From: Candidatus Saccharimonadia bacterium
GTDB lineage: Bacteria; Patescibacteriota; Saccharimonadia; UBA4664
Length of the DNA: 64,000 bases
Assembly (NCBI GenBank): GCA_035544015.1
Contig: DATKIP010000076.1
Coordinates: 299 to 64,298 of the forward strand
Direction of reading: 5' to 3'
Shown: in pieces, positions 27,559-36,877 of the stretch
Numbering within the stretch: the first letter of the stretch is position 1
Layout: each line of letters opens with the position of its first letter
The notes under the pieces: generated by a model
Databases searched by the model: none
The model's input: the letters and a program-made list of their open reading frames with translations, nothing else
What the model was told of the DNA's origin: nothing
Position numbers and translations under genes: made by a program

Positions 27559-28071
27559 ATGCTCGGCTCGCACGGCCGCCACCGTCGCCCGCGTGGTCAC
27601 AAAGCCAACCCCGCGACTATCGCAATCCTCGCGCTCCTCGCCGCCGCCGTCCTCGGCGTCGCGAGTGGTGCCGGGTTCGCGAACACCCGCAACACGGCTC
27701 CCGGTCCGGGTATCGTCACGTCGGCTCCCCATCCCGGGCCGACCGAAACGGTCACCCAGGTGATGATGGTTCCGGAGCCGCCCAAGCCGGCGACAACCAC
27801 CAGCACCTACCGCCCCTTCCCGATCCGACCGCGGACCGCCGCCCCGTCCACGGCCGCACCGACTCCCGAGCCTTCCGCGACCGCCGCGCCGGCCGGCACC
27901 CCCAGTCCGCGCTCGCCGGCGACACCCCCGCTCGCTCCGCGGGCCAGCTCGCCGCCTATCGCGGCCAGCCCCACGGCCGAGCCCACGACACCCCCGGCGA
28001 CCCCAACCTCCGATCCGACCAGTGCCAGCCCTACGCCAACCGACCCCAGCGCACCGGTCGCAACCGGCTGA
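27559..28071 (+). CDS. Pro/Thr-rich secreted or membrane-anchored protein with GRHRR N-terminus
   Basis: GGAGG RBS, MLGSHGRHRRPR plus hydrophobic helix, low-complexity P/T/A tail. Confidence 0.7.
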   Translation: MLGSHGRHRRPRGHKANPATIAILALLAAAVLGVASGAGFANTRNTAPGPGIVTSAPHPGPTETVTQVMMVPEPPKPATTTSTYRPFPIRPRTAAPSTAAPTPEPSATAAPAGTPSPRSPATPPLAPRASSPPIAASPTAEPTTPPATPTSDPTSASPTPTDPSAPVATG

Positions 28072-28091
28072 GCAACAACCATCCGCCCCGC

Positions 28092-28115
28092 GAGCCGGCC
28101 CATCAGGGCCGGCTC
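28092..28115 (+). terminator. GC-rich hairpin without U tract
   Basis: GAGCCGGCCC-ATCA-GGGCCGGCTC. Confidence 0.65.
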
Positions 28116-28180
28116 CCCAACTCTGGATTTATCCCCCAAAATAAGGTAAAGTACCAAGGTCAAAAACCAAATACCGTCAT

Positions 28181-28258
28181 GGCGGGCGTAGCTCAGTTGG
28201 TTAGAGCGACTGGTTGTGGTCCAGTAGGTCGTGGGTTCAAGTCCCATCGCTCGCCCCA
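28181..28258 (+). tRNA. tRNA-His(GTG)
   Basis: G-1, anticodon GTG, GTTCAAG, CCCA end. Confidence 0.95.
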
Positions 28259-28345
28259 TTTGCGCTTATGCTTATAACGGCTCTACAGAGTCGTTATTTT
28301 GTTATTACTGAACAAAACCAAAAAGTTGTTTCGAACATTTGGCAC

Positions 28346-28996
28346 TTAAAGCTCTGCCAAAGTATTTAAGCTCAGCTCTTCAAGCGAATCAACCACCAGG
28401 TCAGCTTCCGAGAACAATTTCCGGTCAATGTGTCGGTTCGGCACCGCAACCACTTTCATGCCCGCTCGTTTCGCCGCCGCTACCCCAGTCGGAGCATCTT
28501 CCAAAACTACGCACTCATCAGGCTTAACGCCAATTTCTTCTGCTGCTCGTAAGAAAATGTCTGGCTCTGGTTTGCCACGCTTCACCTGATCCCCGGAAAT
28601 AATTGCATCGAAATGATGACCCGCTTGAAGCTGCTCGATAACGATAATTATATGGTGACGCGCCGAGGATGAGGCAATTGCCTTCTTAATGCCTTGCTCC
28701 GATAAGTGGTCGAGCAAGGTCATAAGTCCTGGCATCGGCTGCATCCCCTTTGCTAATAGCTCCTCATAGACCTGTTGCTTTTTGTCGTACAAAACATCAA
28801 CGCTCTCGGAGAGCTGATGCACTTGTTTAAGACGTTCCCAATTATCCCTTGCCCCAACCCCCACTTCTTGCACGAGGCCACCATGAAGAACGGGAGTAAC
28901 CCCGTACTCCTGTAGCACCGCTTCAAACGACTTCGATTGAAGATGCTCGCTATCAATCATCAGGCCGTCCATGTCGAAAATAACTGCTTTTATCAT
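28346..28996 (-). CDS. HAD-superfamily phosphatase (beta-PGM/CbbY-like)
   Basis: IFDMDGL, ASSS, KPEPD, LEDAPTG. Confidence 0.92.
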   Translation of the reverse strand: MIKAVIFDMDGLMIDSEHLQSKSFEAVLQEYGVTPVLHGGLVQEVGVGARDNWERLKQVHQLSESVDVLYDKKQQVYEELLAKGMQPMPGLMTLLDHLSEQGIKKAIASSSARHHIIIVIEQLQAGHHFDAIISGDQVKRGKPEPDIFLRAAEEIGVKPDECVVLEDAPTGVAAAKRAGMKVVAVPNRHIDRKLFSEADLVVDSLEELSLNTLAEL

Positions 28997-29044
28997 GCGC
29001 TCAATAATATCACCTCGAAACCACTTCTGAGCTATAATCCGATC

Positions 29045-29563
29045 ATGCCAACTGATCGAATCACCATTGTGAACGAAGCCGATAGCGTCATCGGCTCCGA
29101 AGACAGGAGCATTGCGCGCGCCCAGGGACTTCGGCATCGTATTGTGCGGGTCTTTTTGGTGAATTCAGAAGGTAAAGTGTTGCTCCATCGACGGTCAGAA
29201 AAGCTCAAGGATAATCCTGGAAAATGGGATCAGTCAGTCGGTGGTCATGTGGATGAAGGCGAAGACTACATCACGGCTGCCCGTCGAGAGACGCAGGAAG
29301 AGCTGGGAATTGCAGTAGAAAAATTTGAAGAAATCGGGAAATTCTATATCGAGCGCGAAGCTCCGGGCGGCTTCGTCAGAAGGTTTCAGGCCGTATTCAT
29401 CGCCAGAGGAGACGGCCCGGTCAAACTTGACGAGAGTGAAATTGCCGAGATTCGCTGGTTTGATATAGCGGAAGCAGCGGAGTTCTACTCGCAAAAACCC
29501 GACGCATTCACAAAGAATTTTGCTAGAGCCTTTGAGCTGCTCCAGAAGGCATTAGCGACCTGA
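29045..29563 (+). CDS. NUDIX hydrolase (IPP isomerase/YfcD-like)
   Basis: HRIVRVF, PGKWD.SVGGHVDEGE...RETQEELG. Confidence 0.88.
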   Translation: MPTDRITIVNEADSVIGSEDRSIARAQGLRHRIVRVFLVNSEGKVLLHRRSEKLKDNPGKWDQSVGGHVDEGEDYITAARRETQEELGIAVEKFEEIGKFYIEREAPGGFVRRFQAVFIARGDGPVKLDESEIAEIRWFDIAEAAEFYSQKPDAFTKNFARAFELLQKALAT

Positions 29564-29622
29564 ACTTAATATCATTAACCATCGCGCAAACCGCACCACA
29601 ACATTCTGTTCGAAACTTGAAC
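29560..29622 (+). repeat. 63-bp imperfect direct repeat, copy 1
   Basis: CTGAACTTAATATCATT.ACCATCGCGCAAAC...TCTGTTCGAAACTTGAAC; matches 31362-31424. Confidence 0.85.
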
Positions 29623-29728
29623 TTACAAAGGGCCACTCGAAATAAAAATCAGCGCAGGCAAAACCCCAGTCGGCGTGACATTTGAGATTGCTTCGGCCAG
29701 TATTTAGCCACCAATGGAGGTCAGCTAT

Positions 29729-29799
29729 ATCGTTAAATATCGTAAAAAAGGCGCTCTATTTTTGAGGTTAAGCGCAGCGAATCGTTAAATATCGTAAAA
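29729..29799. repeat. 19-bp exact direct repeat ATCGTTAAATATCGTAAAA x2
   Basis: Copies at 29729-29747 and 29781-29799. Confidence 0.85.
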
Positions 29800-29852
29800 T
29801 GCTTAAGCTGGCATCTACAGATAAGAAATCACTATTGGTAAACAAAAACAAC

Positions 29853-31286
29853 CTAATGATTGCCGATTTCGTATGTGGTGCTAGGGCCTTGGCCGCGCTG
29901 AGCCACCAGGTCTAATTCTATAAGCTTATTGATGTCGGCGATGACCGTAGGGCGGGTAATCGAGCCAATGGTCTGAACTATGTCTCGCGACGTTGCAGAA
30001 GACTTGTTAAGAATAATCTGCCAAATAGCGAGCTGGCGCTCTGTTAACTCTGAATATGTCGGCCCAAGTAGTGTCACGGTGAACATATTGGCGACATTTC
30101 TAAAGATAGGCCGAGAAAGATTTACTTGGCGCATATAGTCATAAACAAGGTCAATACCGCGGCCATACTCCTCAAGATAACCCAAATCTTTCATCAGGGC
30201 AGCAATAACTGAATTTCTGCTAAACTGCGCCTCTCGAATGTTATCGACGGTAATTCGCGGAGGAAGAGTGCCGGGGTTGGAAATCTCGATTCGATCGGGG
30301 AAAACTCGTACCTGAATATAAGATTCGATGATGCTGTAGTCTCGATGAATAACAGCATTTGCGGCGATTTCACGAATAGCCTTTTCGGGGTAAGCGTATG
30401 TTTCCACCCGACGAGTACCCTCGATAGTGGCGCTTCTGGCAATATTTCTCAGTACAAACGAGTTCATGGTATCAATTTGTTCTTCAAGAGTCCCATGAAG
30501 GTCTTGCTTGTCGATTATTTCGCTTGCCGTAGTCGGGCCTGCGTATCGGACACAGCGAATAACGTACCGGTCTAGCTCAGGATTCCGCTGAGGCGGGTTG
30601 CTACTAAAGATCATTGCCCCAGCCAAGGTAGCCACCCTTTCGGACTCACAGATGGCAAGAATCTTCATGTTTAGGAGGGTGTCATCATGAATGGCATTCT
30701 CTCGCCCGGTTCTCTCGCCGAGTTCATGAATGAGGTGTTGAATCTTATCTTGGCTGAGATCGGCTTCATGTATCGAGCGAATTTGGGTCAAATCATATTT
30801 GAAACCCGATGAATTACGAATGAACTGCCTCAGCTCATCATCGGTAATGGGCCGATTACTATTCCCGACACGGATATAAGCACCACGATCCATGCCGAGC
30901 TTTCGGTCATAGCAGGGCTTCCTCTCGTCCGGTACTGCATCAATAACCACGGCAAGTAGAGTCTTCCCATCGATTGTAATCGCTCGATATTCTGGCCTCT
31001 CAGCGTTGATGATCCGATCGCTAAAGAAGTTTGTCGTTCGTTCGGTCATTTCATGGACATTTGTAACGCCAACCGGCGCAAACGTGCGCGTAACAGGGTC
31101 TTCGACTACACCGTATACAATTAAGCCTCCATCAGCGGCCTTGTTACTAAATGCGGTTATGCTACGCCAGATAATATCCGGTAAGCCACCCCGTGTATCT
31201 TTGAACTCGACTAAATTGGTCTCTCCGTTGGATTGGATAGCTTCTTGCACCAGTGATGTGAGTTCGGCTTCGGATATGCCTCTCAT
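29853..31286 (-). CDS. AlbA/Schlafen-like N-terminal domain + RecG-C/HATPase_c_4 + winged HTH protein
   Basis: VEFKD, AFSN..GG.IVYGV, YIRVG, REIAANAVIHRDY, ISNPG, EEYGRGI, C-terminal wHTH. Confidence 0.88.
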   Translation of the reverse strand: MRGISEAELTSLVQEAIQSNGETNLVEFKDTRGGLPDIIWRSITAFSNKAADGGLIVYGVVEDPVTRTFAPVGVTNVHEMTERTTNFFSDRIINAERPEYRAITIDGKTLLAVVIDAVPDERKPCYDRKLGMDRGAYIRVGNSNRPITDDELRQFIRNSSGFKYDLTQIRSIHEADLSQDKIQHLIHELGERTGRENAIHDDTLLNMKILAICESERVATLAGAMIFSSNPPQRNPELDRYVIRCVRYAGPTTASEIIDKQDLHGTLEEQIDTMNSFVLRNIARSATIEGTRRVETYAYPEKAIREIAANAVIHRDYSIIESYIQVRVFPDRIEISNPGTLPPRITVDNIREAQFSRNSVIAALMKDLGYLEEYGRGIDLVYDYMRQVNLSRPIFRNVANMFTVTLLGPTYSELTERQLAIWQIILNKSSATSRDIVQTIGSITRPTVIADINKLIELDLVAQRGQGPSTTYEIGNH

Positions 31287-31361
31287 ATTTCCTCGGAATA
31301 AGTCCTTATAATATAACAGCTCATCTGGGATAGCGCCTGAATTTAAGCAGCCAGCACCGAT

Positions 31362-31424
31362 CTGAACTTAATATCATTCACCATCGCGCAAACTGCGGCG
31401 TAGCACTCTGTTCGAAACTTGAAC
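31362..31424 (+). repeat. 63-bp imperfect direct repeat, copy 2, adjacent to the att-like duplication
   Basis: Matches 29560-29622. Confidence 0.85.
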
Positions 31425-31484
31425 CCTAGCTCGCCCCATTGCAATTGTCTTGACGACCAAATTTATCATCTGATATTATCAAAC

Positions 31485-31660
31485 TCGGAAGACATGGGAG
31501 GATATAAAGAAGCTCCTAGATGTAGCCTGTCGAGTTAAGAATGTTTTGTTCAATGTCCGCCGTCCGAGTTCGATGCTTTGTTAGTTAGTAAGCTGCATCA
31601 CCGCGACGTCTTCCATCCAGTCCGTAAAATAAGAGGCATTTAAATGCCTCTTATTTTTTT
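31485..31660 (+). ncRNA. candidate structured small RNA of unknown class
   Basis: Promoter TTGACG-18-TATTAT (31450-31479), nested stems GGAAGAC/GTCTTCC and GATGTAGC/GCTGCATC, strong terminator, no convincing ORF. Confidence 0.45.
31626..31660. terminator. intrinsic terminator (32-bp perfect palindrome)
   Basis: AAAATAAGAGGCATTT/AAATGCCTCTTATTTT plus T run. Confidence 0.85.
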
Positions 31661-31908
31661 GTTTCCCCATCTTCGACCCTAAATTAGCATTAGAACAAGA
31701 GGGGCAAGATGCGGCGGCTCCATTGCATGCCGGGCTAAGCCCCTGGGATATGCCTTGTTTGATAAAGGAAAATGCTAAACAGAATTGGAACAAGCTAGAG
31801 CAGCTACTTGCCAACCAGAACGGCAGACATAAATTTTGGCAGGCTATTTTTTTGCGAGCCAGGCCAGCACATGCTTTAATTAAGCATAAGCAGTAATGAA
31901 GGGCTTCA

Positions 31909-32487
31909 ATGCCGAAACAGTCTCGCCGCAGAATCAATTCTCGACTTATTTTCTCTATCCTTGGCGGATTCGCGGTTTTAGCGCTCCTCGCACAGGCCAT
32001 GTTGATAATGCAGCTCTACGCTCGTACCGACCAGCTAAAGACCCAAGAACTAAAAGCCACCCTAATCGATGCCGTTCGCAGCCTAAACACTGAGCCTGCG
32101 ATTGACCCCCAAACCGGACGCCGATTTATCCCTTCCGCTCGCGTGGTTTTTCCTGCCAGGATCGACAGCCACCTTTATTACCGCGACCCCGGCAACGAGC
32201 CCACCCTATGGCTAACCGACGCGAATAATCAATCGCAGGCCGTCACCAAGGTCCGGACCGCTGAATCGCTCTCAGACATGTTTAAAGAAGTCGATGCGTT
32301 GCAGCTGTGTAGCCGGCAGGTAGTAGTGAGCTTTAATACTCCCAATCCCCAAGATAATACCGACAAGCTAACTTTAAAAAGCACGAAAAAGCTAAAAGAC
32401 GGCCGCATAGCCTACGTATATCAGAATGAATGCCCATACGGCGCCGAGCCTCTCCTGAGGTCCGTCGATCAAATGGAAAGCTATTAA
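31909..32487 (+). CDS. membrane-anchored hypothetical protein
   Basis: N-terminal basic region and TM; two Cys in the extracellular part. Confidence 0.7.
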   Translation: MPKQSRRRINSRLIFSILGGFAVLALLAQAMLIMQLYARTDQLKTQELKATLIDAVRSLNTEPAIDPQTGRRFIPSARVVFPARIDSHLYYRDPGNEPTLWLTDANNQSQAVTKVRTAESLSDMFKEVDALQLCSRQVVVSFNTPNPQDNTDKLTLKSTKKLKDGRIAYVYQNECPYGAEPLLRSVDQMESY

Positions 32488-32533
32488 GGTCGTCCCTCGC
32501 TCAACATTATGGATCTCGCTCCGACCAGACCCC

Positions 32534-32728
32534 CTACCGGTCGCGGCTCATCCAGGCCATGGCAAGCAGACCCACGCCCAGGCCAATCACGGCGCCCGCA
32601 GTCAAGCCCAGCCACAGTGGTTTGACGAACAGCCCGGCGCCCAGTCCGACCATGAAACAGCCGGCCAGCGCGATCCCGCCGGATTCGTAGTCTTTAAAAG
32701 GGTTGGTAGGGTGTTGTTCGTTTGACAT
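32534..32728 (-). CDS. small two-TM membrane protein
   Basis: AAGGAG RBS; Gly-rich hydrophobic helices. Confidence 0.7.
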   Translation of the reverse strand: MSNEQHPTNPFKDYESGGIALAGCFMVGLGAGLFVKPLWLGLTAGAVIGLGVGLLAMAWMSRDR

Positions 32729-32744
32729 GATTACTCCTTAAAAA

Positions 32745-33248
32745 TTAGATATCTAAATATTCCACCGGCGCTTCATCGCGGCTTTGCGCCTGGTGCATGA
32801 GCTTGAGCAGCGCACTCGGTAGCTTACCCTCGGCCTCTTCCAATGATGCAAATACAACGAGCTGAGTGTCGGGTGTGTATTCAAAGTAATCCGCCGTCCG
32901 CCAAAAGTCGCGCTGGCGAAAAACATCAAGATTGGGCTGCTTGGTGATCTCCACCGCCCACTGGTTCTTGGCTGTTTTAAACACCCGAGCCGTAAACCAG
33001 TCATTATGATCGCCCGCCCCCTGCCACTTAATGAGCAAACGGCCGTTAAATCGCTTCTCCTGCTGCAGGCCCTTGGTGCCCGTTTGCACCACGATCTCTT
33101 TAAGGCCCTTGGTCTGGGCTTCGCTCCGAGTAATAAACTCCTTGAGCGCCCGCAACAGCACCGCCGAAAGGTTGTCCCCGGCTAATTGCTGAGCCTGCTC
33201 ATAAACAGCCTGGTCTTCATTTGAGACGTAAATAGTCTTGTTTGGCAT
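32745..33248 (-). CDS. EXLDI-family protein (putative regulator)
   Basis: MPNKTIYVS...AQQLAGDNLSA N-terminus and VEYLDI C-terminus; TATACATA direct repeats upstream (33262-33281). Confidence 0.85.
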   Translation of the reverse strand: MPNKTIYVSNEDQAVYEQAQQLAGDNLSAVLLRALKEFITRSEAQTKGLKEIVVQTGTKGLQQEKRFNGRLLIKWQGAGDHNDWFTARVFKTAKNQWAVEITKQPNLDVFRQRDFWRTADYFEYTPDTQLVVFASLEEAEGKLPSALLKLMHQAQSRDEAPVEYLDI

Positions 33249-33293
33249 CATGCTAATCACTTATACATACAAGTATACATATAGTTAAAGATT

Positions 33294-33460
33294 ATGCAAC
33301 TCAAACAAAAATCTAGATTCAAATTTTTAGCAAAGCGTGAATCTGAGACTAGCATGAAAGTTTTGAATAAACTCTACTCCCGGCCCGTAGTTTCAAGTGC
33401 CATGATTAGGGCATGGACTGGGTTTACCAGGGCCGGGTCGCAGCAGGTGATTGTACCGGC
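33294..33460 (+). pseudogene. remnant resembling the C-terminal wHTH of Fic-family proteins
   Basis: LYSRPVVSSAMIRAWTGFTRAGSQQVI, with no catalytic domain. Confidence 0.45.
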
Positions 33461-33525
33461 GCTACCTCGATCTATTCACTCCATAGTCCACTATTCGGCT
33501 CCTTCTCGCCTCTGAACACCGCCGC

Positions 33526-34548
33526 TCAAGATCGGGGCACCAGAGAGCCCAGCGGTCGACCGCCCCATTTGCCATCCATGATGTCAAACATCTGACGGCC
33601 CATGACATCTTCAGCCTCCACGGCAGGATTGGTCGAACCGTAATTGTCGATATCGCCTACCCCGTCGTTCATAAACGCGTAGATCAGCGCCGGCTTGCCC
33701 GCAGCGTCGAACATAATGCCTACCTCGTGCCGCGAATCCTCAAACGCACCGTATTTGGTAGCTACCTGGGCACGCTCCGTTGAGCTCATATTGCGGCGCA
33801 CGCCATCATTGTAGCCGTTGACCCAGCGCATAATATTAAGCACAAAAGTTGACGATTTTTCCGACACCAGCGAGTGGTTCGCCAATCCTGCCAGCAAGGT
33901 ATTCATCTCCCGCGGCGTGGTCTGACCCAAGAAGAACCGACTCGAACCCGCCACCGGGTCCACGTGGGTAGCCGTAAAGCCCTTGGCCGCCAATGTTTGA
34001 TTTATCTCGGTGCCCGACGCCACCTGGCTGAGCATTCGAACCGCCGTATTATCCGACACCAGCAGCATTGCGGTCATGAGGTTGGCGACCGTCAAATTGT
34101 CGCCATACACTGTTTGCAGAAAATAAATCCCGCTACCAGACGCAATAATATCAGGCGTGAGTGTCAGCTTTTGGTCCAGTTTGACCTCGCCCTTGTCCAC
34201 CTTGTCCATCACCGTCATCGCCACTGCCAGCTTATTTACGCTGTACGCCCACATTGGGGTGTCGGCTTGATCGTCCACCGCCGGTTTGAGCGCACCGGTT
34301 GAATCCGCCACGGTCACGTAAGAATGCCAATTGCCGGGCACTCCCGCGGTATCGGCATGGTAAATCGCCGCCACTTGTTGCGAAGCTATCAGCCACGGGA
34401 TATCAGGTGCCGCGAACTGAGCCGCCCCCGGGGTAGGGGATGGCGTGGTCTCGGCAAGTACCGCTCCACCCGGCATCAAAACAGCCATACCCATCACGAG
34501 GCTAGTCAAGCCGAGTTTGGCGCGGTAGACAAATAATTCTTTAAGCAT
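33526..34548 (-). CDS. secreted class A beta-lactamase-like serine hydrolase
   Basis: Signal peptide; SVNK (SxxK), SDN, TTPREM, KYG. Confidence 0.88.
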   Translation of the reverse strand: MLKELFVYRAKLGLTSLVMGMAVLMPGGAVLAETTPSPTPGAAQFAAPDIPWLIASQQVAAIYHADTAGVPGNWHSYVTVADSTGALKPAVDDQADTPMWAYSVNKLAVAMTVMDKVDKGEVKLDQKLTLTPDIIASGSGIYFLQTVYGDNLTVANLMTAMLLVSDNTAVRMLSQVASGTEINQTLAAKGFTATHVDPVAGSSRFFLGQTTPREMNTLLAGLANHSLVSEKSSTFVLNIMRWVNGYNDGVRRNMSSTERAQVATKYGAFEDSRHEVGIMFDAAGKPALIYAFMNDGVGDIDNYGSTNPAVEAEDVMGRQMFDIMDGKWGGRPLGSLVPRS

Positions 34549-34709
34549 AGAAACCTCATTAAATACACAGCCAATATATACACCCAAACATCCATCTCCT
34601 TTGGTTCTTCTTCCAAATCGCCTCCCCAAGCAAATCGATAATAATATATTGCAAAACGATAAAAACTATGGTAAAAACAAACCATCAATGCGTTAAGAGA
34701 ATGCCTTCA

Positions 34710-35174
34710 ATGAAACGAAGCTCAACAATTTTCCTCCGCGGGGTAGTTTTGGCCATCGGGCTAGTCGTCCTTGGCTTGTGCATCTTTGCCCTGCCCGCCG
34801 AGATCAGAACCCCGGGCACCGAAGACTACCGCCCCATTTTCTTCGGTATGTACATAACGGCCATACCGTTTTTCGTGGCTCTCTATCACACCCTGAAACT
34901 CCTGAGCTATATCGATAACGGTCAAGCTTTCTCCCAGCTTTCCGTCGGTGCCCTCAAGCACATAAAGTATTGCGCAGTCACCATCAGTGCATTGTTTGCG
35001 GCCGGTCTGCCCTACCTCTACTTCGTGGCAGAAAAAGACGACGCCCCAGATGTCGTAGCGCTCGGATTGGTCGTTATTTTTGCCTCAATTGCGATTGCGA
35101 CCTTTGCGGCCGTACTCCAAAAAATTCTAGGCGACGCCATAGCCATAAAAACGGAGAATGACCTAACGGTCTGA
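34710..35174 (+). CDS. DUF2975 membrane protein
   Basis: AFS...ALKHIKYCA; ends AIKTENDLTV; precedes an XRE gene. Confidence 0.9.
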   Translation: MKRSSTIFLRGVVLAIGLVVLGLCIFALPAEIRTPGTEDYRPIFFGMYITAIPFFVALYHTLKLLSYIDNGQAFSQLSVGALKHIKYCAVTISALFAAGLPYLYFVAEKDDAPDVVALGLVVIFASIAIATFAAVLQKILGDAIAIKTENDLTV

Positions 35175-35182
35175 GGCATACT

Positions 35183-35413
35183 ATGGCAATCGTAATTAAC
35201 CTAGATGTGATGCTGGCGAAGCGAAAAATGAGCGTCACCGAACTTTCAGACCGAGTCGGGATAACGATGGCTAATCTTTCTATCCTGAAAAATGGCAAGG
35301 CCAAGGCGGTGCGGCTATCGACGCTGGAGGCGGTTTGCAAGGCGCTAGAATGTCAGCCTGGAGATATTTTAGAGTACAGACATGACGATGAAAGCCTAGT
35401 GGCAACTCGATGA
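35183..35413 (+). CDS. XRE/Cro HTH regulator (YozG-like)
   Basis: LDVMLAKRKMS.TEL...ANLSILKNGKAKAVR...CQPGDIL. Confidence 0.93.
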   Translation: MAIVINLDVMLAKRKMSVTELSDRVGITMANLSILKNGKAKAVRLSTLEAVCKALECQPGDILEYRHDDESLVATR

Positions 35414-36870
35414 AGCCAAACGTATCAACCAGCCCGACCGCCCAAACCACCGCCCTGGCCGGCGTCTCGCTCGCCTTGGGTCTGCTATTTGACTGGCTCT
35501 TTTACGGCAAGATTCCCGGCATCTCGGTTGTAATCTATGTCGTTGCCATCATGGGCGGCCTCTTTGCGCTCGCCGCCTACCTGGGCCGTCGCCTGCCGGC
35601 GCCGGCCCTCTGGTTGCTCTTGCCGCTCGGATTCTTCGCTGCCATGGTCGCCGTCAGGGCCAGTCATCTGCTCGCATTGCTCAATATTCTCGCCAGCCTG
35701 GCCCTGTTGCTGCTCGTGGCACGCCTCACCTTCCGTGACGATCTCCGAAGATTCAACCTCGCTGACTATGCCAAAATTCCATTCCTGCCGCTGAAGTTCC
35801 TCAGGCCGCTAACTCGCACGGTCGCCGAGTTTTTCGCACTCCGATCGGCGGTAAAGAATCATCCTTTGGCCGTCCAGATCACCAGGGGCGTCCTGCTGGC
35901 CATCCCGGTCCTGATCGTCTTCGTGACCCTTTTTGCCTCGGCCGATCTGGTTTTTCAAAAATACGCCATCGATGCCTTCAACCTAAAATTAAACTCCACG
36001 GCCGTGGCGCAGACACTTCTGGTCACTTTCGTCACGCTTGCATTTACGGGAGCCTACTCGTATATCTTTCGACAACCAGAGGATGAGTCGCCCGACGCCG
36101 CACCCGCGACGGCCCGGCTGCGCCTTGGTAAGATCGAGATCGCTATTCTACTCGGCGCCGTCAATGTTCTCTTCTTTCTTTTTATCCTGGTCCAGTTGGC
36201 CTACCTGTTTGGCGGTCTCAGCAACATTTCGGGCCAAGGCTTCACCTACGCCGAATACGCCCGCAAAGGTTTCTTTGAGCTCTTGGCCGTGGCCATGGTA
36301 GCCTTCGGAATGCTCTGGGCGGCAGACAAAACGGTCGCCAAAACTACCGCCGGCCATAGCCTCGCCTTTCGCCTTCTGAGCAGTGCGCTGATTACCCAGG
36401 TGATCCTCATTATGGTTTCCGCTTTCAAACGGCTATACCTCTACGAGCAGGCTTACGGGTTCACCACGTTGCGCCTCTACAGCCACGGTTTTGTAATTTT
36501 TCTAGCGGTCATATTTGTCCTATTGCTGGTCAAGATCTTAAGAAATCAGGCCGAAAACCACTTTGCCTTTCCGGCCTTCATTACCGCCATTGTGTTTCTC
36601 GCCGCCCTGAATGTGCTCAACCCCGATGCCTTCATTGCGCGCCAAAACCTCGATCGCTTCCATCAAACCGGCAAGCTCGATGGTGTCTATTTTGGCGGGC
36701 TCTCCGAGGATGCCCTTCCGGAGGTTAAAACCGCCATCGATGTCACCACGGGCGATACCAAGCAGCAGCTGATCGACTCCCTCGCCACGCGTTCTGAGCC
36801 CTCCGACTGGCAATCCTGGAACCTAGCCCGCAGTCGGGCCGGGTCCATAATTGACAATTACCCGGAGTAA
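35410..36870 (+). CDS. DUF4173/DUF4153 multi-pass membrane protein
   Basis: LFASAD.VF, YAEYARKGFFEL, YGFTTLR, LSEDA.P. Confidence 0.88.
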   Translation: MKPNVSTSPTAQTTALAGVSLALGLLFDWLFYGKIPGISVVIYVVAIMGGLFALAAYLGRRLPAPALWLLLPLGFFAAMVAVRASHLLALLNILASLALLLLVARLTFRDDLRRFNLADYAKIPFLPLKFLRPLTRTVAEFFALRSAVKNHPLAVQITRGVLLAIPVLIVFVTLFASADLVFQKYAIDAFNLKLNSTAVAQTLLVTFVTLAFTGAYSYIFRQPEDESPDAAPATARLRLGKIEIAILLGAVNVLFFLFILVQLAYLFGGLSNISGQGFTYAEYARKGFFELLAVAMVAFGMLWAADKTVAKTTAGHSLAFRLLSSALITQVILIMVSAFKRLYLYEQAYGFTTLRLYSHGFVIFLAVIFVLLLVKILRNQAENHFAFPAFITAIVFLAALNVLNPDAFIARQNLDRFHQTGKLDGVYFGGLSEDALPEVKTAIDVTTGDTKQQLIDSLATRSEPSDWQSWNLARSRAGSIIDNYPE

Positions 36871-36877
36871 TAATAGT

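Larger units (their letters stand above)
28249..31440. mobile_element. degenerate island integrated at the tRNA-His 3' end
   Basis: GCTCGCCCCATT at 28249-28260 and 31429-31440; lower GC inside; no intact integrase. Confidence 0.6.

Noticed and set aside
31581-32000. 139-aa minus-strand ORF
   Set aside because: It runs through a terminator palindrome, overlaps the 31909 gene, and has an unprotein-like composition.
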